DNA from: a virus
Lineage: Duplodnaviria > Caudoviricetes
Length of the DNA: 53,948 nt
Direction: 5' to 3' (one strand)
IMG/VR virus record: IMGVR_UViG_3300012665_000551
Location: 1-53,948 of that record
In this document: one piece after another, positions 9,701 to 18,300 of the stretch
Layout of the letters: each line of letters starts with the position of its first letter
How positions within the stretch are numbered: position 1 is the first letter of the stretch
The notes under the pieces: generated by a model
Database searches by the model: none
What the model was told of the DNA's origin: nothing
What the model saw: only the letters and a program-made list of their open reading frames with translations
Translations under genes and position numbers: made by a program

Positions 9701-12355
9701 AATGCCGGCACAACCTATACACAGGCAACAATGACACTGGCAGGTGCAGGTATTAATGCTTCGGTACTAGTTGACGAATTTAGAGATGGTGGCACCTATG
9801 AAGTTAGAATTACTGATCCAGGTGACTCTTCAAATGCAGGCGGCGCAGGCTATACATTTACAACTAATTCTGCACAAAGCGGAACTTCTAGCTCAATTCA
9901 ACTAGCTGGCTCTGACTCTGCCGAACGTGATGTATACATTGGCATGCGAGTGTATATAAGTGCAGGCCTGGGAGTTGGGCAATACGGTTATGTTGCAGAC
10001 TTTGATGATGCTGGAAAATACGCATACGTAGCAACAGAGTCAACACCGAGTATAACAGTGTTGAGTACTAGTTCGTCCGGAAATACAGTAACACTTAATT
10101 CTTCTTTACCCGAATCAGTAAAAGTGGGAGATCCTGTAATATTTTCGTCCACAGATGATTCACAATTTGGAAACATACAACCATTAACTGTGTATTATAT
10201 TAAAACGCTTGGCGGCAATATTATTACACTTAGTTTAGACGGCAGCGATCTTGACCCAGTGTATTTCTTAATTAATAGTGATAATAGTGTCAGTAACATG
10301 ACCATTCACTTTTTAGGTTGGGAAAATGTTATTCCTGGAACTGCAATAGAAAGCACACTTGATGGTACATCGGTATATTATGTTGAACCTAGAGTTAGCT
10401 TTACTAGTCCCGGCTTTACTACTACTGCATCAGTTATGCCTGCAAGTAAACAGTGGACTGCTATTACACGATCAGATACTACGTTTTTTGCATCTGCATT
10501 AGATGTTAACTATGTTGGAGTTTCGACTAACGGAGAAACATGGAGCCAATTACCCGGCCTTCCAGAGACAGCAAACTGGACAAACATTAAATTCGTAGGC
10601 GACGTTCTTATGATATTTGGTGCAGACGGTGAAGCTGCACGTTCAACCGACGACGGAGTGACTTGGACAGCAATGACGATGCCGCTTGGTCTTGAATATC
10701 GAGATGTTGCTTATGGAAATAGTGTTTGGATAGCTATTCCTAGTGGTAGTGCAACGTATGCAAAATCAATCGACGGCGGCGTAAACTGGACTTCGGCAGC
10801 ACTACCAGAAGGTGCAGACTGGAATTCTATTACATACGGCAAAGGTAAATTTGTTGCGGTAGCATTAGGTGATTCGTCAGCAGTTGATACAGTATACAGT
10901 ACCGACGGAACCAACTGGACTGCCGGCAGTATTGGCACTGGTGCTATTAGTGTAACATATGGAAACGGAATTTATGTTGCAATTGCAGGCGGTACCGCTT
11001 CGGCAATAGCAACATCAATTAGCTTTGACGGCATAACTTGGACAACAGGAACACTACCGTCTACATTAAATTGGCAACAAGTTACTTACGGACAAGGTCT
11101 GTTTGTTGCAGTTGCTAGCGGAACAAGCACATGTGCAACTTCAGAAGATGGGTTACTCTGGACAACACAAAATATTGGATCTTCGGCAACATGGGCAAGC
11201 GTGGTATTTGCGCCCGGCGTGTCATCATTAGTTGGCAAATTTGTTGCAATATCTGGATCATCAGTTAATTCAAGTGCAGCTAGAATTATTAATACAGGAG
11301 CTACTACTAAAGCTAGAGCAGTTGTTGTATCTGGAAGAATTAGTGAATTTAAAATATGGGAACCTGGTAGCGGTTACAGCTCTTCTCCAATAATGTCAAT
11401 AACAGATCCTAATAATACCTCTGAAGTAGCAACACTGGCTAGAATTGGAAACGGAGTATTAGCAAGTCCGACTATCCTTAATGCAGGTACAGGATGGGCA
11501 ACTACCAGTACTTCTGCAACAATAGTAGGTGACGGATACAAGGATCAATATCACCTTGGAAGTGATTTAATTATTAATAATTTAAGCAGACTTCCTGGTC
11601 CTGGTGATAACTTAAGGTTCACAAGTATTGACGATTATACATACAAACTATTATCAGTTACTATTCTATCTGGTTCATTCCCAAATGTAACAGCAAGAAT
11701 CTCAGTGGCAAAAGATATTGGTAGAGAAGAATCCCCAGCACATGACGAAGTAATACAAATTAGACAATTATATAGTCAGGTTCGATTAACAGGTCACGAC
11801 TTCTTAGATATCGGCCTAGGTAATTTTGAACAAACTAATTATCCGGATGTATTAAATCCAATAGGTACAGTAACAGCACCTGAACAAGAAGTACAAGAAA
11901 AAGAAGGTGGTCGTGTGTTCTACACAAGTACTGACCAAGACGGTAACTTCCGAGTTGGTGAGTTGTTTGCGGTAGAACAAAGTACTGGAACAGTTACACT
12001 AAATGCGCAGTTCTTCGAACTACAAGGTCTAGAAGAACTAACACTTGGTGGTGTTACTGTTGGTGGATCAGGAGTTGTTATTCGTGAATTTTCAACAGAT
12101 TCATTAATGGTAGCAGACTCGAATAATATTATATCAACACAAGCAGCTATTAAGGCCTACATAACTAGAAGAGTATCAGGCGGTGGCGCAGATGCTATTA
12201 CGGGCGCTCTTACTGCAGGTGTGACTAAAATTGGTCCTGATACAATTGAAAACGTAACAGGCGAAGAAACAATTTTTGCAGCGAAAGTGAACTTTAAAGG
12301 CGGCATAGACGGTGATTGGCTAACCCATTCAATGTTCTTGTCAAGCGGAGTGTGA
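6800..12355 (+). CDS. Giant tail fibre/appendage protein (1851 aa) with CBM5/12-like repeats, a putative beta-helix and Asp-box-like propeller repeats
   Basis: About nine W...Y..(N/G)D(I/V)V.(Y/F)GG..Y.C repeats; SPYVQNVTTFG...NDFTQ.LSDGIG region; STDDGVTW and SIDGGVNW repeats. Confidence 0.75.
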   Translation: MADFKLSRFKCTWRGEWSSITRYNPDDIVNFGALVYVCLTSHTSNSDFYSDLNAVNGDIPPLAIPKWELMVNAARWTGDWQTSYDYVVGDIIKYSGVSYICTAPHTSSDVISGFYTEISHWTVLISTETWFSTWLPSTYYKLNDVIRFGGRVYRCSLPHISAGGENPTLETSIANWDIVNISDNWSGNWQTATLYKTNDLVKYSGKVYRCTTGHVSTQNIEEGIPYDIANWELIHNGIQYRGDWQSTVLYYPNDIVKFGGYIYKKNNVLEVSDVFFNSTKWEIYSPGVEFETAWNPLVQYNKGDIVSYGGNIYATTVDIFGSELTPGIEPGINNEWSLVFENSRMRGQWNSATQYRPGDVIRRGGNLYVAILKNLSVDPDTAEDGSTTNSTYWQLITTGMRWRGIWDTDTTYVTGDTVLWIASTYKCIDKHVSDATNRPDDDSLVGMGSEAGSGDSTLTGRYWIKITEGSAVNRLRNRGDLRTFGLDEDGSTVGFTNITVGNVGQAVIASSTEGAGWVDLNQSNRVYYVSLTGIDEETQGGSPNSTFRTLRYACDYILADQATRSPATIFVKTGVFEEILPIRVPAFVGIVGDELRSTVITPANQVLSTAYLNTLALASAYIQDIAEFIIQEIQVGADDPEEPTTVLYGTVPQDFSGSSASPSEVLSIKSLLELFESRITTFNSQTPTSTNSITTDVFKLNAAQQLVNNKSFILNEVTLYLEETAAFMAPSRWNQDINTLVDALIYDLQYTGNYKIYELATYFINANSYDRNKIQNMFLLRDGTGLRNMTFRGLSGTLTPAQTQIEYIYQRPTAGAYASLDPGWGVGDSTAWVGTKSPYVQNVTTFGTGCVGLKVDGDLHAGGNQTIVTNDFTQILSDGIGVWCNSSGRSECVSVFTYYNHIGYLCTAGGKIRGTNGNCSYGKFGAVSIGSSAGENPITATVNNRYYEADVTEILCNNGQLKKFFFSNAGTTYTQATMTLAGAGINASVLVDEFRDGGTYEVRITDPGDSSNAGGAGYTFTTNSAQSGTSSSIQLAGSDSAERDVYIGMRVYISAGLGVGQYGYVADFDDAGKYAYVATESTPSITVLSTSSSGNTVTLNSSLPESVKVGDPVIFSSTDDSQFGNIQPLTVYYIKTLGGNIITLSLDGSDLDPVYFLINSDNSVSNMTIHFLGWENVIPGTAIESTLDGTSVYYVEPRVSFTSPGFTTTASVMPASKQWTAITRSDTTFFASALDVNYVGVSTNGETWSQLPGLPETANWTNIKFVGDVLMIFGADGEAARSTDDGVTWTAMTMPLGLEYRDVAYGNSVWIAIPSGSATYAKSIDGGVNWTSAALPEGADWNSITYGKGKFVAVALGDSSAVDTVYSTDGTNWTAGSIGTGAISVTYGNGIYVAIAGGTASAIATSISFDGITWTTGTLPSTLNWQQVTYGQGLFVAVASGTSTCATSEDGLLWTTQNIGSSATWASVVFAPGVSSLVGKFVAISGSSVNSSAARIINTGATTKARAVVVSGRISEFKIWEPGSGYSSSPIMSITDPNNTSEVATLARIGNGVLASPTILNAGTGWATTSTSATIVGDGYKDQYHLGSDLIINNLSRLPGPGDNLRFTSIDDYTYKLLSVTILSGSFPNVTARISVAKDIGREESPAHDEVIQIRQLYSQVRLTGHDFLDIGLGNFEQTNYPDVLNPIGTVTAPEQEVQEKEGGRVFYTSTDQDGNFRVGELFAVEQSTGTVTLNAQFFELQGLEELTLGGVTVGGSGVVIREFSTDSLMVADSNNIISTQAAIKAYITRRVSGGGADAITGALTAGVTKIGPDTIENVTGEETIFAAKVNFKGGIDGDWLTHSMFLSSGV
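11906..11960 (+). repeat. 55-nt perfect direct repeat, copy 1 (copy 2 at 20454-20508)
   Basis: GGTGGTCGTGTGTTCTACACAAGTACTGACCAAGACGGTAACTTCCGAGTTGGTG identical in both genes. Confidence 0.9.
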
Positions 12356-12395
12356 TTTAACAAATGAATAAATATACTGTAAGGATGGAGTAAAA

Positions 12396-15300
12396 ATGGC
12401 CGAATTTAAATTAGGTAGAATCAGGTTTGTATGGAAGAGTGACTGGATCACTTCAACCACATATTATAAAGATGACGTTATTTCATACGGCGGGAAAACC
12501 TTCCTATGCGTAGTAGGACACTCCGCAGCGGCAGATTTTTATACCGATCTAAATAATGTTCCAAGCAAATGGAATCAGTTCTCAGACGGACAAGATTGGA
12601 AAGGTGACTGGAACGATGCAGTTACATATAAAGTCAACGACATAGTTAAATATGGCGGACTATTATATATTGCCAATCTTGGTCATACTTCAGGATCAAC
12701 ACTAGAAGAAGATCAATCTAAATGGGATTTGTTAGCAGAATCGTTCAACTGGACATCTGGTTGGGATACTGACACAACTTACAAAGTAAACGACCTAGTT
12801 AAATATGGCGGATACGTTTATATATGTACAGAAGCTCATACTTCAGCACTAACAACAGCATTAGGTCTTGAAGATGATCAAGCCAAGTGGGATGAATTCT
12901 CTGTTGGAGTTGACTGGAAAGGCGATTGGACTGCTAATACAAGATTTAAAGTTGGTGATATTGTCAAGTACGGTGGTACAACATATGTTTGTAATCTACA
13001 TCATACTTCAGCATTAACAACAGCACTAGGACTCGAAGCCGATCAAGCCAAATGGGATTATTATAATCAAGGGTTTGAATACAAAGGCACATGGACTACT
13101 GATGGTGCAGTAAGATATAAAATCAACGACGTTGTTAAGTACGGCTCAGGCACATGGATTTGTACTACGGCTCATACACAGACTACTAGCTTTGTAACTG
13201 ACCAGACAAACTGGGCCCAGTTTGTTGAAGGTATCGAATATGAGAACGACTGGTTACCAGGCCTAGTTTATCAAAATGGCGACATTGTCAAGTACGGCGG
13301 CAATTCGTATATTTCTACAACTACTCATCTTTCTAGCAGTGTTCCTCCATCAGACAATACAAATTACGATTTATTCACCGAAGGATTTAAATTCTTTGGT
13401 GATTGGAATTCAATTACTACATTTAAAATTGGCGAAGTTGTTAGATTAAACGGTTATACCTATGTAGCCGTTGCAAACAGCACAAATCAATCTCCACCAA
13501 ATGCCATATACTGGTCTTTATTAAATCAAGGTATTAAGTGGAGAGGTGACTGGGTCAATGCTACTGCATACAAACTTGGCGATGCGGTAAAGTACGGGCC
13601 AAATAGTTATATCACCATATTAGCACATGATTCAACAACAGGAAGTGATAGACCAGATAACGATATTTCAGGAACATTCTGGAATTTACTTGCTGCTGGA
13701 AACGAAGAAAGCGTTTTAACCACTTCCGGTGACTTGGTTATTTACGGCGGAGCTGGTCCAACAAGATTGCCAATCGGCGATACCGGACAAGTTCTTACAG
13801 TCAGTGCTGACAATTTACCTGCATGGGAATACTGGGGTCGTGTTGCTAAGGTATTCTACGTGGCACCTCATGGTGTTAACAGCCCAGCACCAACTTACGG
13901 ATTAACAATTGATCAACCTTGGGCATCTATTAGATACGCTTGTGATCAGATCGAAAAAGGCTACCAGAATCAAAATGCTGGTTGGCTATTGGCACAAAAT
14001 AGAACATTCATTCAGAAAGAAATTGTTGAATGGACTGACTATCAAATAACCAATAACATTGCACCGTTTACATCTGCGTTTACCTATAATAAAGAGACAT
14101 GTCAGCGCGATATGGGACTGTTAGTTGATGCTATTGCATACGACTTAACACATACTGGTAACAGCAGAGCAATCCAAGCAGCCGAGAGATATTTTACAGC
14201 ATTAGGTGTATCTTATATCACTGGTCAAGAAGACGAAACCGTAGCATCTATTAACTATGGTGTGAGTTTAATCGGCAGTGTTCTAGCACAGGCAGCACCT
14301 TCTGTAAACTATCAAGGCTCCAACGGTATTTTAGTAGCAGATAGAATTCTTCAAGTTACTTCTAACAGCTATGCAGCTGAAACCGGTACGGTTGAAATTG
14401 CTACATCATTAGCAAGCATTGTAACTGATGCAATTACAGCAGGCGATTTAACAGGACTACCAACTTTAGATTTACCAACCTATACACTCAATGTTAAAAC
14501 TGGACAATACTACGAAGTATTGCCTATCATTGTGCCTGCTCTTACAGCAGTTGTTGGTGACGAATTACGTGGTTCACGAGTTTCACCGGCTGCAAAAATC
14601 ATTGCAGACAATGACAAAGCAAAATCAGTAGCCGCTTATCAAAGATTAAAAACAGTATCTCAAGATATTGTGACTAATACTACTGTAACTCCAAGTTCAG
14701 GTAATACTGAAACTCAAAATAAGACTTCTCAGAACGAAGGAGACGCTGGAAGTACTACAGCAGTTTCTAGAGTAACTACCTTAGCAGCTGAAATCAAAGA
14801 CATTTTAACAAACGGAGAAGCAGCAGCTGACGCATTCAGCACTCCAGACCCTACAGGTTATAATACTTCGTATCTAATTGGATACGGTGATGCTAGAGCC
14901 CAACTAGAAGCAAATAGAGCGTTTATCAAAGCTGAAATTACAGGTTGGATCTTTGATAATTATAGTGATACTGTTACTGCTTCAAGTGCAACTGATAATT
15001 CAATGACTATTTCAGACACTAGCTGGATGGCAGTTAACATGCCTATTAGATTTGCAGCCAGTGTTGGTGGCGTGTTAACAGGTGTTACATACTATGTTCA
15101 AAGTATTATCAGTGGAACTAAATTCACTGTAGGCGCAACACGCGATACTATTGACGTTGTTCCGCAAACAACGGCGTCATTCTCTACTACTGTACAGTTC
15201 TATTACATCTCTGCAACATGCGAAAGAGATGTAGGACACATTATCGATGCATTAAAGTATGACTTAACATACGGTGGAAACTATCAGACTAGAATTGCTG

Positions 15301-18300
15301 CTGATGCATATTTCACATATGGAGTAGGAACATATGGAGTAGGCGAAGGCGGAGTAACGCTTGCAGCTTATACACATATGAAGAGTATTGTAAATTCTGT
15401 TATTTTAGAAACTGCAATTACTCGTACTCCAAGTAACACAGCAACTCAGAATACAGCTGGAACTCCAGGATCTGCAGGATCTGCAACTTTTGGATCTGCT
15501 AGAATGCAAGATATTGTTGATACATTAACTAACAGCGGCACATTACCTGCGCTGATTGCTCCAAGCGTATCATGGGTATCTACTGAATTACAAACTGCTA
15601 GAACACGATTAGTAAATGCTAAAGCAACTATTCAAAGCGATGCAGTAGAGTATGTTAAGCGTGAATTCCCGACATTGAGTTTCAATTACACTACTTGTAG
15701 TAGAGACGTTGGGTATATTGTTGATGCACTAGGTTACGACCTAGCATTTAACAGCAACTTTGCATCTGTTAAAGCAGGCCTAGCATATAGAAGAGGTACA
15801 AGTTCTGCACAACTAGTTGTTGCTGATCAATTGGCAGCGACTCAGGCTATATTAGATTTTATATCTAAAGAAGCATCGTTCATTGCAGCTAGCGGAGCCC
15901 AAGCACTTGTTGATCTAATTTGGACTGACTTGATTGCCTACGTTAATACAGGTACTTCTCCGTTAATAATCGGAACAAACACGCCCGACACTAATTTGAA
16001 TCTAATCAATGGTGCAAAAATTCTTGAACTCAACAAAGAATTTTTAGTTGCAGAATCAACAGCTTACATTGACTTGACTAACAACTCAACAGTAACTTCC
16101 GCTACTACAACTACTGATAGATTTACATCTTCAAGCACATCATGGATGGTAGCAGGCGACAAGATTAGATTTGTTGGAACAGCATTTGGTGGTGTTAACA
16201 CTACTACTGACTACTTTGTTAAACAAGTAATCGGCGGCACAGAATTCACAATATCTGAAACACTAGATGGTGCAGTAAAAAATCTAACTACTGCCACAGG
16301 AACAATGACTGTTGTTTACAGTTATGATTCTGCAAAATGTCAACGTGACGTTAGAGAAACTATCGATGCTATTGTGCATGATATGATATACGTTGGTAAT
16401 TATGCATCAACGTATGCTGCTAAGTATTACAGAAATGCATTAACTGGTTCTAAACTAGAAAATATGTTCTTGGTTAGAAACGGTTGTGGCGCACGTAATA
16501 TGACATTGACAGGATTAGACGGATCCAGTGACGGTAATTTAACAGCACAACAAGATGCATTGTTACCAGCTAATGCATTCGGAACACGTCGTCCACGTGC
16601 TGGTGCGTATGTATCCCTAGATCCGGGTTGGGGACCAAACGACAGTCGTGTATGGGTTACCACAAGATCTACCTACGTACAAAACGTGACAACATTTGGT
16701 ATTGGTTGCGTTGGTCAAAAAATTGACGGTAGCTTACACAGTGGAGGTAACGATTCTATCGTTTCCAACGACTTTACACAAGTATTGTCAGACGGTATTG
16801 GCGCATGGGTTACTAACTTAGGCCGTGCAGAACTTGTTTCTGTGTTCTCATACTATAACTACATTGGTTATCTAGCTGAAAACGGTGGTAAGATTCGTGC
16901 TACAAACGGCAACAACTCTTATGGTACATATGGTGCTATTGCTGAAGGTGTTGACGTTACTGAAGTTCCAGTAACTGGTAAGATTAACAATAGAAATACA
17001 GAAGCCAGCGTTGACGAAGTACTCACAGACGGCAGCAGAGTATTGTTGATGGAGTTTGGTAACGCCGGTTCTGAATATACTTCAGCAACATTTAATATTG
17101 CAGGTGCAGGCTCAGGAGTTAGTACACTGGGTAACGAAACTCGTGACGGCGGTGTGTTTAATGTTCGACTAACTGATCCAGGCGATAGCAGTGGAACAGG
17201 CGGAGTTGGATATATTACCGCTGGCAATCAAGGTCAAGCAGGTAGTACTACTTCTATAACACTTGCTGCTTCCGATATACAAGGAAGTGATGTATATGTT
17301 GGAATGAGCATATACTTAACTGCAGGTCTTGGAGCAGGACAATACGGATATATTGCAACATATAACTCAGCAAGTAAGATTGCTACTGTTAATAAAGAAA
17401 GTACAGGTACAGCAGGGTGGGATCATGTAATAGCAGGAACAGCTATTGTTGCACCTGATGTAACTACAACTTACTCGATTACTCCTAGAATTACATTTAC
17501 AGCACCTAATTATACTCAAGCAAAGGCAAATATGCCAGCGTCGAGAGATTGGTCTGACGTTGTTTGGGGCAATGGATCTGGTTCTTACTCAGCAGTTAGT
17601 ACAACTGGCGGAACAGGAACATTTGCATCGTTCGATGTATCTAGAATAAACGGTGTATATACAGTTACATTATATGCAGGTGGTACGTTATATGCAGCAG
17701 GTCAAGTACTAACTATTGCAGGAACAAGCCTAGGCGGAACAAGTCCTGCTAACGATTTAATAATTACAATTTCTTCAGTAACAAGTCCAAGCGGCGGCAT
17801 TGTAACATTTACCTACGTTGGAAATGCAGTTACTCCAAGATTTGTAGCAGTGGCAAGAGATTCACTAACTGGCGCAGTTTCATCGAACGGTATTGATTGG
17901 ACTGATATTACATTACCAGGATCAGCTACTCAGTGGTCAGCAATTGCCTATGGAGTTGTTTCAAATGTTGGTTATTTTGTAGCGGTAGCTAAAGAATCAT
18001 CAACAGCAGCTTGGTCCACAAACGGATTAAACTGGAACTCTGCTAACTTAGGTGATACTGTTGATTGGTGCGATATTGCTTATGGTAATGGTACATTTGT
18101 TGCTATTGCTGAAAGTGATTCTAGTACAGCATTTAGAGCTGTTAGTACCAACGGTGGTAGTACATGGGCTTTCAACACTGTTGCTACTGGAGCAAAAGCA
18201 ATTGCTTACGGTGGCGGTAAGTTTGTTATAGTTGAAGGTAACTTCTCAAACAGTTTTGCATATTCAGTTAACGGTAGCGTATGGACTGTAGGAACACTTC

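Noticed and set aside
12396-13700. Tandem repeats as a CRISPR array or non-coding repeat
   Set aside because: They are degenerate in-frame protein repeats (CBM5/12-like) with no constant repeat-spacer structure.
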